DNA of 61,354 nucleotides, the filler included, from Globobulimina sp. (taxonomy: Eukaryota): the NCBI GenBank assembly GCA_003354225.1. It is 21 parts of 21 records of this genome, joined end to end, with 100 filler letters (N's around TTAATTAATTAA, not from the genome) between each part and the next. Parts side by side here need not be neighbours in the genome. Positions count along the whole stretch, not along the records: positions 46,835 to 49,658 come from PIVH01004728.1; positions 49,759 to 52,582 come from PIVH01004729.1; positions 52,683 to 55,506 come from PIVH01004730.1; positions 55,607 to 58,430 come from PIVH01004731.1; 17 more parts are not named here. One strand, given 5' to 3'. Under the pieces are notes generated by a model. It saw only the letters and a list, made by a program, of their open reading frames with translations. It had not been told where the DNA came from and did no database searches. Every line of letters begins with the position of its first letter. Positions within the stretch are counted from its first letter, which is position 1. The position numbers were made by a program, and so were the translations under genes. Of this stretch, positions 47,157-58,176 are shown piece after piece.

Positions 47157-49504
47157 TACAAATATTCAATGACAAAGCTTTTCGAGACAGCCCAACAAAT
47201 AACAGATTGCAACAGAGGCGTTAATATAAATGTTTGCTCCCAAATCGACACACTAACATTTGTTTGCATAATAAATATTTGTGAAGAGATTGATAATAAT
47301 GTTTTTACATTCCAATTCGTAGAATATTTTGTGATATCATTAATGTCAAAATAAGACATTCCGATTAAACAAATATTAATCACAATCAAGTCAAAGTATT
47401 GCTGTTTCTCCAATACCGCAAAAAAGATATCCCACCTTGTCACTATCAACAAAATGGATAATAATCCCTCATAGAACCCAAACAATGAATTATTATCATT
47501 TAACGCAGTCTGACGGACCAAATTCCAAATTGTTACAGTTAGCAACAAACCAATAATGGCATAATGTATTGGCATGTCAGGATATTGCTGTTTTATATTA
47601 TAATCGATATCATTGGGCGATATGCCTATAAATGAATATATTATAATTGTGACATACACCGCATATTCTGCGATTTTCCAAGGAATTGTAAATTTATTAT
47701 TGATCGAAAAGAACTTTATCAATTTAAAAATAATATTTTTAATAAATACGTCAAGGACAAAATGAACACCATAAATAATCACAGCAGCACTCGAAAAATA
47801 AATATATGGCAACAGAAACTCCCATAAATATATTTTATAATTCACTGAATTTATTTTGTTTCCATTATACTGAACATAGACATACTTCCAATGATCACTA
47901 ATTGGCACATAATCCAAACACGACACAATCATTAAAATAGTTTGGGTCACGATATAAAAGTTAACTAAATCAACCACACCGTCGATGTTATAGATCGCAG
48001 CAATTAATCCAAACCAAACACACATAATTATAACATACGGGAAATATGCAAAATCCCTCAACATTGTATTTACAATCGATGACAAATAATTATACTCCAT
48101 ACTCACATTCCATTCCTCAATGTCGTTTTTATCAAATAAGTAATATTCAAATTGTAATACATTTTCAGTAATAGCACCCGCCACATATTCATTATTTGTT
48201 CGTGGGATAATCATTCGATGCGTGGTTCTGGTGTTTGTCGACAAAGATAGCCACTGATTGAACAACAACGGAGCATTACTTAATGATAAATGCAACAACG
48301 ACACATCAAATGGAGCGCATTCAGTGCTTAAACTTAATTTTGTCCGACTTCTCCACGTTTTATAACCACCATTGAACTCTAATATATCCCATTCACCACA
48401 ATCCAGCAAACCTTTTGCCGTTTTATCTGAACAAAATCCGACTGCTCCGGACCCCGTATCGCCAACATTCGAACCAAACATCCATTTCTGTCCACTGTCC
48501 TGATAAATATACAATTTGCCAGCATCTTTTTTAAAATATGGCGCATACCAAAAAGATTGGTGTTGCTCGAAATAAGCAGTCTCCGTTTCCGTATTGTTCC
48601 AATATACTCCATTTCCAGCACTATTTATCAAACCCGACCAGCCAGACACACAAATATAAGCACCCCGCGAAGTACCATCATTTTGGTGTGCTCCAAATCC
48701 ATGAATAGTCACTTTAATATCATGCGTCATCAACGGGGACAAAGCTAATGTGTCCATATAAACGGCATTTGATTTTAAATTGAAGCTATTGTAATAATTC
48801 AAGCCATCAAATGTAAACCATGAGGCAGCTATTTTATTGTCATTGGAATGATTGACAGTATCAATAAACCCTTGCCACAATGAACACGCATCCCGATCAT
48901 TGTTATTATATTCCCCGTCTCGTATTTTTAAATATTTATTTTCTAACTCGATATCATTTCCATTGATGACCGCAATGAACTTTTGCAGGAATGTATGATG
49001 TTTATGGTTCAATGAAAAATTGTAATTCTGGCTGGAATGTGATATCCACGATGGGACAGTATGCATAAATCGAGTGATATCGACACATTCGTCGTTATCC
49101 GCGGAACAAAGCTCTAATGCTTCCAATGCATAGCTGCATGAAACGACAATGGTTGAATCTTTGATATTGTTTAAAGACATTTTGGTTTTGAATGTCTGCT
49201 GTGTTTCAAACTCAGTCGGTTTATATGCAGGTAACCGAGGCGTGAATGGATATAAATGTCTTTTCATTTTCTTGGCTGGTTCGTTTGACAAAATGCTGGT
49301 AATATATCCTGCGATCGTTTCAATTGTAGCATGACACCAAATCGTCGCCTGATGGTCCATTGTGTTCATTATAGCTGGACACAAATCAGAAACAATAAAC
49401 TCAATGTTGTCTGCAGCTGTTTTATTCATTGAGGATAAATATGATTCGACCAAAAAATCTTCAAAACCACCGCTTACACTTAACAACACAACAAAAATAT
49501 GCAC
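47156..49504 (-). CDS. Hypothetical 782-aa protein with a large luminal region and multi-pass C-terminus
   Basis: Intronless ORF; Cys/Trp-containing module (GAYICVSG..KWMFGS..GFC..DCGEW); about 8 C-terminal hydrophobic helices. Confidence 0.75.
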   Translation of the reverse strand: MHIFVVLLSVSGGFEDFLVESYLSSMNKTAADNIEFIVSDLCPAIMNTMDHQATIWCHATIETIAGYITSILSNEPAKKMKRHLYPFTPRLPAYKPTEFETQQTFKTKMSLNNIKDSTIVVSCSYALEALELCSADNDECVDITRFMHTVPSWISHSSQNYNFSLNHKHHTFLQKFIAVINGNDIELENKYLKIRDGEYNNNDRDACSLWQGFIDTVNHSNDNKIAASWFTFDGLNYYNSFNLKSNAVYMDTLALSPLMTHDIKVTIHGFGAHQNDGTSRGAYICVSGWSGLINSAGNGVYWNNTETETAYFEQHQSFWYAPYFKKDAGKLYIYQDSGQKWMFGSNVGDTGSGAVGFCSDKTAKGLLDCGEWDILEFNGGYKTWRSRTKLSLSTECAPFDVSLLHLSLSNAPLLFNQWLSLSTNTRTTHRMIIPRTNNEYVAGAITENVLQFEYYLFDKNDIEEWNVSMEYNYLSSIVNTMLRDFAYFPYVIIMCVWFGLIAAIYNIDGVVDLVNFYIVTQTILMIVSCLDYVPISDHWKYVYVQYNGNKINSVNYKIYLWEFLLPYIYFSSAAVIIYGVHFVLDVFIKNIIFKLIKFFSINNKFTIPWKIAEYAVYVTIIIYSFIGISPNDIDYNIKQQYPDMPIHYAIIGLLLTVTIWNLVRQTALNDNNSLFGFYEGLLSILLIVTRWDIFFAVLEKQQYFDLIVINICLIGMSYFDINDITKYSTNWNVKTLLSISSQIFIMQTNVSVSIWEQTFILTPLLQSVICWAVSKSFVIEYL

Positions 49505-49578
49505 ATATTATGTTAAAAACCGCTTAAATGGAACTTTATGTTCCTGTTCGTGCAAAGAATCCGATCACTAAAATATTC

Positions 49579-49658
49579 GCATGGTATTTGTGCAGTATAT
49601 TGCTATGACATTGCACTGCTTAAAACTTTTATTACGATATTTTACATATTTTTTTTAT
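49579..49658. repeat. Right arm of the 80-bp inverted repeat (runs to the contig end)
   Basis: Exact reverse complement of 47077-47156. Confidence 0.95.
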
Positions 49659-50027
49659 NNNNNNNNNNNNNNNNNNNNNNNNNNNNNNNNNNNNNNNNNN
49701 NNTTAATTAATTAANNNNNNNNNNNNNNNNNNNNNNNNNNNNNNNNNNNNNNNNNNNNGTGCCACAAAATATGTAAGTAATTGTTTATTATGTCCTTTTA
49801 CATATAAATACGGTGACATAATTCAGTATTTATTCGTTTAGTCTGTTAAATATTGCTTGTAGACGGAAAAAATCAACCCAATTAGTGATTTTACTTTCTT
49901 TTCACTTAAATGCACTAACTCTATAAATAGAATTATAAAAATACACGCAATTATTTTATTAAACCATAATAAATATTTGTAGCCGTATATGTCACAACAA
50001 ATATTTATTAAGATTTGCTTCATCGAT

Positions 50028-51101
50028 CTAAATTTTGTTATAAATAAAGTTTTCATGTTCGTTCCCCTCATATATATCATCTAAGCATGCTGGTTCCTGT
50101 AATCTTTCCTTTTCCTCCCCAATCTGTTTCGTCAATTTGATATGTCTCCAAACCAAATAAACAATAATTACAATCAATACCACAGATATAACAGCAATAC
50201 AAATGATCACAATGTCGTCGCGATCACCATCACCATCAACAGCAGGTATCGCCATCAACGCTGGATAAATGGTTGTTGGATGAGATGAGGGTATATTTGT
50301 TGGATAATTGGTTGGATGAACACTTGGAATTGCTGTTGGATGCGATGTTGGATAATTTGTAGGATTTGATGTTGGAATATTTGTAAGATATGCACTTGGA
50401 ATTGTTGTTGGATATACAGTAGGATATATAGTGGGATTTGATGTAGGATTAACACTTGGAATTGATGTTGGATAATTGGTTGGCTGTGTCGATGGATGTA
50501 AAGTTATGATGTCTGAGTATAAAAAATAAACCGAAGCGTAACCGACACCAACATTATCACCATGCGACGACTGAACATATGCTTCAGTATACTGTAGCAT
50601 AAATTTATCCATTTGTGACACTTTATATTTTGGGTTAACGAAATATAAATAATCTGATTCTTGATCATAACCGGATATCTCATAACTATTCGGTATTGTA
50701 TCATCATTGTCGTTAACATATGAACTAAATGGAAACCAATAATACAAGCCATCAGTTTCCCCATTAACAGGATATAAGATATCACCCAAAAAATTGACTG
50801 GATCACTTACTGACATTATAATAACACCGACGTGTTCACATAGACCCCAGTTGCTCAATGTATAATAATTATGATAATAAGTATAACACTGTACTGCACC
50901 ACTATTATGCAGTAATTTTACTCCTTCAATGGTACCGTTATATGGAGCATAAAAAATATCATCGTATTGCCCTGAACATGAGTTGAACGTTCTTGACCGT
51001 GAATCATAGCATGCATTGGATGAAGCTTCGATTTCAATATAACCAAATACAGCATCCAAAATCAAAACAAATATCCCACAGTCTTTTGTTTCACAGAACA
51101 T
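50028..51101 (-). CDS. Type I surface protein with a PT-repeat stalk
   Basis: N-terminal globular domain, about 19 P(T/S)xx tetrapeptide repeats, one TM helix, short tail. Confidence 0.8.
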   Translation of the reverse strand: MFCETKDCGIFVLILDAVFGYIEIEASSNACYDSRSRTFNSCSGQYDDIFYAPYNGTIEGVKLLHNSGAVQCYTYYHNYYTLSNWGLCEHVGVIIMSVSDPVNFLGDILYPVNGETDGLYYWFPFSSYVNDNDDTIPNSYEISGYDQESDYLYFVNPKYKVSQMDKFMLQYTEAYVQSSHGDNVGVGYASVYFLYSDIITLHPSTQPTNYPTSIPSVNPTSNPTIYPTVYPTTIPSAYLTNIPTSNPTNYPTSHPTAIPSVHPTNYPTNIPSSHPTTIYPALMAIPAVDGDGDRDDIVIICIAVISVVLIVIIVYLVWRHIKLTKQIGEEKERLQEPACLDDIYEGNEHENFIYNKI

Positions 51102-51244
51102 ATTTTAGTTCAGAGAACATATTTTATTGGTGATGACAACTTAACAGGTTCGGGAGGTAATCATTAAACTATTAAACGTTTAGACTAGGGATGACCACAC
51201 TTACTCTTTCGTCAGTAAGTAAAAACAAAGACTTACGTATTTAA

Positions 51245-52342
51245 ATGGAACCTTACGTATTTACCATCAATCAAACATACACGATTTATCACAATATACA
51301 TTCAGATGAGTGGTCGCTCATTCTCCTTATGGCTCTCTTATCCATTGCTATTCCTTTATGTTCACTTATTTGCGCATCTATGGAGCATTATTTGTTGCTG
51401 AAAAGAAAAACAAATAACATGTTTCCAGTAACAAGTGCAACTGAAGTAATTTACGAATGCTTTGATAGACATTCCTTGAATAAAGAGATTATTGATTTAA
51501 TATTATTTGAATTCTGTGGCTATGCAGATCCACCGCAGTTAGAGGCAGTATTATTGCTACACCAACAAACAGCGCAAAAATGCAAAGAACTGTTACAAAC
51601 TGACACTGCACGACTCATAAAAAAGGAGCAAAATTTATGGCGTATTGTGTTGGCGTGTATTTTAATGGCAACGTTAGTTTTTTGCTCATTTCATGGGATC
51701 ATATTATTAATCCGAACTCATGAATATAATGCTAAATATTCAATTCATTTTCAGTGCGAGCTATTGGATGACACAGAAGACGATATTTGTAAAGTTATCG
51801 GTTACTACAACCATGATATTTGGCAAAATGAAACGGAGTTCCATGATGAGATATTATTGCCGTATTTAGAAGAGAATGAAGGTGAGGCAATGAATGATAG
51901 TTCGAGCAATACCAATCTTTTACATTTATCATTGAATGGAGTGGATATTCTGACCAGTATTGCAGGTTATGTCCGTGAGGGAAAAATTGATATTGATAAG
52001 GATTATGAGTGTTGTCCAATGGAAGGGGATTTATATTTGAGTCCAAAAGGTTTGAATCATTCAGATTTCAGGATTAAAACTAGAGCGTGGCGGGACATTA
52101 AACATGAAGGGTGCTGCAATAAACATGCTGATCATGAATGGTGCTGCGGCTGTACGTGTTATGAATGTGGTGCATACTTTTCGGTATTTTCGTCGGTGAC
52201 ATACATAATTTTAATAATGTGCGGTTTTGCGTATTTTTCCATTCCAACAAATACGTATTTGCAAGAAGTTGTGCTATGGAAAGAAGTACAAAGCATCATA
52301 GAGTCCATTCATTATATTGACTTGCAATGGGCAGATAATTGA
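51245..52342 (+). CDS. Hypothetical three-TM membrane protein with a Cys-rich loop
   Basis: 365-aa ORF, three hydrophobic segments, GCC..WCCGCTCYEC. Confidence 0.65.
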   Translation: MEPYVFTINQTYTIYHNIHSDEWSLILLMALLSIAIPLCSLICASMEHYLLLKRKTNNMFPVTSATEVIYECFDRHSLNKEIIDLILFEFCGYADPPQLEAVLLLHQQTAQKCKELLQTDTARLIKKEQNLWRIVLACILMATLVFCSFHGIILLIRTHEYNAKYSIHFQCELLDDTEDDICKVIGYYNHDIWQNETEFHDEILLPYLEENEGEAMNDSSSNTNLLHLSLNGVDILTSIAGYVREGKIDIDKDYECCPMEGDLYLSPKGLNHSDFRIKTRAWRDIKHEGCCNKHADHEWCCGCTCYECGAYFSVFSSVTYIILIMCGFAYFSIPTNTYLQEVVLWKEVQSIIESIHYIDLQWADN

Positions 52343-52939
52343 AATTAATTCTACGTTCTGTGTATATATAAGATACAGAACGTAGGATTTCAGTATGTGT
52401 GAATTTGTTTGATTTTATATAAGAATCTCTCATCATATTTATTTTATATGTATAAATTTAGTAAATTTACATACAATAAACGGCAACCTTTTAATTCTAC
52501 TAGAAACGTTTTGGTTTCTTTTCCAGTTTTCCAGTTTTTGAGTTTGAACTAGCTCAGTTCTAAAAAAAAAACTTGCAAAATGNNNNNNNNNNNNNNNNNN
52601 NNNNNNNNNNNNNNNNNNNNNNNNNNTTAATTAATTAANNNNNNNNNNNNNNNNNNNNNNNNNNNNNNNNNNNNNNNNNNNNTTAATAGACGTCTCATAA
52701 TTTTAATTTTACAAATTGTTAATAGACGGAGCATAATATCTGACATAAACTAATTTGTTGAAGTGAGCTAGCTAGTCACCATCATCATGTTCCGCAATGC
52801 TAAATCGAATAATGGCCAATCAGAGAAACTACCATTAACACCAGAGATGTGCATTACAAAACCTTGATATCGTTGCTGGGACGAATAAAATTGTACTGAA
52901 TTAGTGACTTTGCTTTAATTTCGATTCAGTTAAATGCAC

Positions 52940-53317
52940 GAATTCTAAGGAATAAATATATGGGAAATAAAAATCGTTAACAAAGATTTCAATATGTATA
53001 TGGGAATAGCATCTACAACGAATCATTGTAATGAAGTATTTATGGGACAATATAAAAACAAAGATCCATTTAACGTTGCATATGGAAGCATTGGTACCAA
53101 AGTAAGCAATAACACTGATTATGAGAAATATAGCGATGAATACGATGTTGGCGATCTAATCACAGTATATTTGGATATGAATAATTTGAGCATTTCAAAA
53201 AAATAGCAAGGAACTTGGTGTAGCATTTAGTGATATTCATAAAACTGATTATAGAGTCGCTCTTTGTTTGTTTGGTGCGGGTGATGCTGTACAGATGATA
53301 TCTTATGCTAATAAATA
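52940..53317 (+). pseudogene. Frameshifted SPRY/B30.2 gene remnant
   Basis: MYMGIAS..YDVGDLITVYLDMNN..SKK* with the continuation (KELGVAFSDI..YRVALCL) in another frame. Confidence 0.6.
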
Positions 53318-53464
53318 AAACCTACACTGTTGGCAACTTGAACTGCTTAAACATGTACAATTTGGTTAATCATCTGTTTTTTGGTAGACTTGGCTTGTAT
53401 TCCTGAGAAATTATGCAATTGTGTTGAATATAAAAATACTAAAAATATTGAGAAAAATCAATAG

Positions 53465-54880
53465 TTAGTCATTATAAAATAAGAACGCAGTGATTATGCC
53501 ACCAGCAAACATGGATGGGACGGCGCAAAGTATTGATAATATGGACATTTTACCAAATCCAGAAAAGCCATGTCCAGAGGGACATCCTTTTGCCAATAGG
53601 GAGCCAATAATAAGTAATATTCCTCCAAAAAATGATCTCAATTCATTATGGCCTTTAATATCATCAAATGGATATTTAAACACATTCATATTTCCATACT
53701 TTCTTCAGTTGTTAACACAGCAAACCATGAACCAATCACCGCACAGAAAAGAAAAAGCACTTGCCATACATAAGCGGAACCAGCTGTAAAATGAGTGAAC
53801 TTTTTTTGTAATTGGGACTGTGTGGCTACAGACTGTGGCACGCATCGCATCCATTGACTCATAACGCAAACATACGACGAGGAAGAACCCACTGTACTGC
53901 CTAACACTGCAATCAATGGCATCTGTAAGACACCAACAAACAAGCCACTGATCCATGGCGGCCATGATCCACAACTTACCAAAGCATAGTCAAGGTTTTT
54001 TACTGTTAACTCTGATGTCCACGACCAAAAGAATTCAAGTATACCAACTACAGTACAGTAGCTAACGTCGCATAACTGATATTCTCGAAATATCTGTCAA
54101 TGAACGTAAACCTGTTTTGGGTTTGCTTTGCTGTTTGCAATTGCTGTATCATGCTTTGCCAGCATAGCTCTGTCATACCAAAAAGAAAGGCACCACAAAA
54201 TAATCCAGCAAATGTGATGTAACTGTTCGGCACTCCTGCTCCCAATTGCGAGTATACTGCCCCTGGACATGAGCCTGCCACACTCATACCAATACCCTTG
54301 TTTTTTTTGATATTATATAGTATATTTATAATGAACCTAAACTATAATGAATGCGCCTAAAATAGTGACTATCACATTGCCCGTATTGACTGCTTTATAA
54401 TCGCGGCGTGTCCAGGCAAAATGTTGAGGATATAAATGCGAAGTAATGGCCATAAAAAGAGCACTTGAGCCAGCTGCAGCTAACAAGAATTTTAATATTA
54501 TAAATTTTTTGAAGAGCATTTGTTGCACAATGGCAGCAGGCTCAAATACACGCGATTTGTTAAAACAGAAACCAAATATTATTCCTAATAACATCACAAT
54601 GCATGTTGGCCACATCGAGGACTCACATTGTTGACGTTGCTTCAGTACTGAGGCCAGCTCAGACGATACTTGAGCATTTTCAGCATCATCTAATGATGAA
54701 TCGTTTGTCTCTGAATCGTCTGCATTTTTATCGTTTACGACATCTATACCTTTCTCTAATTTCAATGGCTGTCAGAACAAAACATGATTGCCAGTGATTA
54801 TGTGTTTATATAATGATTGATTAGGTGTCTGGATGATTGGTAATGAGAAAGAGGCGTACCTGTTCTTCTGCATCTGACAT
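53465..54880 (-). CDS. YeeE/YedE (TsuA-like) sulfur-compound transporter, intron-containing, one apparent frameshift
   Basis: Exon MSDAEEQ, introns 54859-54769 and 54342-54297; GIIFGFCFNKSRVFEP, GIGMSVAGSCPG, GSLLAKGCPSGHGFSG; frame break near 54050. Confidence 0.85.
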
Positions 54881-55159
54881 TATGAAGTAGATGCTTCAAC
54901 GTACTGCAGATTTTAAGTTTTTGAGCTCTTCAACAAAATCTTCATGATTTAAGTATTTAATTTATTTTTAAAAGACGTTGCATTTTTTCTATGTGTATAC
55001 TGTGCTGGCAGTGGATTGCTACTTGAGTACACTATGTAATTTTTATTGCATTCTGCTGTTAACTTTGACAAATATGGGGCAGGTTCAGAGTTGCTCGTAA
55101 TCATCAAATTAATATTAACGTTCACGTTTTGATAAGCAGTCTCCGACTCATTTTTACCG

Positions 55160-55506
55160 TTAACGTTTTGATAAGCAGTAATTGACATTGCTGTACATGT
55201 TTCCATTGCTTTGGTTGTTTGTAAACTCACCATAGTGTTGTCCTGTATCGCCCGTATCATCGTATAGACCGAGTAAATGTATATCATTTTTCTTCACCAT
55301 ACAGCACGCAAAACATTTCCCAATTAATCTGTGAATTGGACCACAAATCAATTGGAAAAATCGTTTATTTGTTGAATAGGTTAAAAATATGCAGATATTA
55401 TTTATAATAAGATCCAAGGCAATGGCAGTAAACCACGATGTCAATCCAAATATTATCAGTGCAATCACTGTGCTCGACAGTCCAATAATGGATACGGTCA
55501 CATATC
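55160..55506 (-). CDS. C-terminal fragment of a 7TM/GPCR-like protein
   Basis: Last two TM helices plus LDLIINNICIFLTY..FFQLICGPIH. Confidence 0.55.
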
Positions 55507-55776
55507 NNNNNNNNNNNNNNNNNNNNNNNNNNNNNNNNNNNNNNNNNNNNTTAATTAATTAANNNNNNNNNNNNNNNNNNNNNNNNNNNNNNNNNNNNNN
55601 NNNNNNATAATCTATCATTCCCTTACTTTATTACCATTACCAAATCTGAATGTTGTCGCTGGATATTAATAAATTAAATTTGAACATATTTCAGATCACA
55701 TATCGTTTTCAGGATGAATTTCTATTATATAAAAAAACCCAAAGTCGCAGTGCACTAAAATCACAAACTCCGAATC

Positions 55777-58059
55777 ATGACGTTACTGATTAACATAGGA
55801 ACGGCATTTGCCGTGTTCATAGTATCGGTGGTAATCCTTTCCACCAATTACAAGACAGTTTGGCCGGCACCCAACTTCGTGACGCACTCAGCCACTTTTG
55901 ATTATATCTTCCAAGACATTGCAACAAATTCTTTTCTGACTAATCCAATCGCAATTGAATATGCTTACAAATCATTACCAATCGCAACCTCCTCTCACAA
56001 GCTAATCAATAGCACCACCGGCGATTCCGCCCACCACTCCGAGTTAGTTTTACATCAATCCATCCTCGAAAAGCAAGCAAATTTGCATCATTTATTACAC
56101 ATTCCACCATGGGCCTTAGTCCCCGATCGAATATCATCCACTTCCGGCTCAGTCACAGACTTATTCAAAATCTTCGATTCCCTACGCAACAAACAAGAGA
56201 ATACCTTATCGATCCTATCAGACATCATTGAAATATCCCCCACCGAATCTCTGATGAAGTCGCATATGGAACAACTGACCGCAGCGCAAAAATTCTGGCT
56301 CAGCAACATAACGCATGAACTCTTCAATGCGTCTCAGACCATCTTCTCGTACCAACTCATCAATTACGCCGAGGAGATCTGCGAATGGGTCCAAAACAGC
56401 CCGTATTCCAACACTTATTTACGTCAAATATTCGAGCGTACGCGCGGTTGGCCACTGTTATATAACCCATCCATCCATAACATGCACGAAATACATTCCT
56501 ATCAAGCATTATGTCGACACATTATCGACCAGTACGAAGAGGAGGACATAGACGACATACTAACCACGGATCAATGCGAACTGTTCTTAGACTCAATGCT
56601 GCCGTGGATGCCGGACAAAGCCGCCACATTAACCACTATGTGGCCCACTTACTATGACGTGGACGTGGAGGCTTTGAAGCGCATCAAAGGCATCAACTCT
56701 CCGTACACGATGGTGATTAAACAGAACAGGAAGCCTTCGGGCGAGGTCTTGCATTATGTGTCTGCCAAAGGCGAGGAGCGCATTCAGGTGGAATGGTTCA
56801 ATGCGAAATACCATCTACGCGCCACCAACCTGGCGTTTGTGCGGAGGATCCGCATTCAGATCAAGAGGATGGCCAACATCCTGAAGACGAGCGTGAGTCT
56901 CAGCGGCGAGATCGAGGAAGAGGACGATTTGGCGGCGTGGTGGGCGAGTTTAGAGACGGAGATGGAGCAAGGACCCAAACCGAGTGACAAACACATTGAG
57001 CAATTAAGCAAAGAGTTTAAGCAATACGTCAAAAACTATGCGGCTGAGCTGGAGAAGGGGCAGTTTGCGAAGATTTTGAATATGGATTTGGCGCAGAATG
57101 AGCAGGGGAATAAGATATTTATCCATGGTTTGCCGTCGATTGCCGTGTTTAACGATGGTGGGATCAAAAGAGCGTGGAATTTTATTATCGGTGTGGTTGA
57201 TTATGATTTGTTTGGAGAAACGTTATTGACACAGAAACAGGAGGAATTTGTCGAGTTTATGGATGTGAGTACGTTTCAATCGGCGCATCATCAGCAAGCT
57301 CATGCGATTGAATTGGAGATAATTGGGGTGTGGCCGTATGCGGTTGGCGGGTATTTGCGGGGTATAACGCCGGAAGTGTTTAGTTATACATATCCGCCGT
57401 TTGATGATGCAAAGGAAGTGTATGGCAAACAAAGATGTGTGTTGTTGTTGGATGTAATGGAGAAATTGTACAGTTATAATATGAGGAACATTGGTTTTAA
57501 GCGGTTGATAAAAGAGGATGATGCGAATAGGTTTATTACGTTGGCAGCGATGGTTAAATATGTTACAAATTTGTTGACTGTTAAACATAAATATTTCCAT
57601 AATCGGGATGATAGGAATAATATTTATAGCGTGAAACAGGGATTATTTGTCCGCGTAGCTGCCATTGTACAATGTGGAGATGATTATGGATGTGTGCTAA
57701 GTGGCGTATTTTATAATATTATTGAAGCATTTACGAGGGAGAATGAGTTTAGTTTGGTGTTTATTGCATTTTTAGAAAAGGAGGGGTTGATTGAATGGAG
57801 TAAAGAGAGGAACAAAGATGTAATAAATGTAGTAGATTCTGGAGGGAATATTGCTAAATTAAGTGATAATACATTATGGAATGAATGGAAAAATACATAT
57901 TTTGAAGGGGAGGATGATACAAATGTTTATAAACTAAAAAATGAATTTGTTGGTAATACAGAGATGATGAAGCTATATAGAAGAAGAGTAATAAGACATG
58001 TTTCAAAATATGCTGTTGTTAGGAGACCTGGAGAGGACACTTTTGTTGCAGAACAATAA
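55777..58059 (+). CDS. Hypothetical 760-aa secreted or membrane-anchored protein
   Basis: Complete intronless ORF with an N-terminal hydrophobic anchor; no family recognised. Confidence 0.75.
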   Translation: MTLLINIGTAFAVFIVSVVILSTNYKTVWPAPNFVTHSATFDYIFQDIATNSFLTNPIAIEYAYKSLPIATSSHKLINSTTGDSAHHSELVLHQSILEKQANLHHLLHIPPWALVPDRISSTSGSVTDLFKIFDSLRNKQENTLSILSDIIEISPTESLMKSHMEQLTAAQKFWLSNITHELFNASQTIFSYQLINYAEEICEWVQNSPYSNTYLRQIFERTRGWPLLYNPSIHNMHEIHSYQALCRHIIDQYEEEDIDDILTTDQCELFLDSMLPWMPDKAATLTTMWPTYYDVDVEALKRIKGINSPYTMVIKQNRKPSGEVLHYVSAKGEERIQVEWFNAKYHLRATNLAFVRRIRIQIKRMANILKTSVSLSGEIEEEDDLAAWWASLETEMEQGPKPSDKHIEQLSKEFKQYVKNYAAELEKGQFAKILNMDLAQNEQGNKIFIHGLPSIAVFNDGGIKRAWNFIIGVVDYDLFGETLLTQKQEEFVEFMDVSTFQSAHHQQAHAIELEIIGVWPYAVGGYLRGITPEVFSYTYPPFDDAKEVYGKQRCVLLLDVMEKLYSYNMRNIGFKRLIKEDDANRFITLAAMVKYVTNLLTVKHKYFHNRDDRNNIYSVKQGLFVRVAAIVQCGDDYGCVLSGVFYNIIEAFTRENEFSLVFIAFLEKEGLIEWSKERNKDVINVVDSGGNIAKLSDNTLWNEWKNTYFEGEDDTNVYKLKNEFVGNTEMMKLYRRRVIRHVSKYAVVRRPGEDTFVAEQ

Positions 58060-58133
58060 GACTTTAAAATATTTAAGCTGCAAATATAAGAATCCAAACA
58101 ACCTCAATCTTGAGACCACTTTTTACTACAATC

Positions 58134-58176
58134 AATCTAAGATCTCACGAGTTAGACTTGAAATAAAAAATGAAAT
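58134..58176. repeat. Solo copy of the element A terminal arm
   Basis: 43/43 identical to 26813-26855. Confidence 0.9.
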
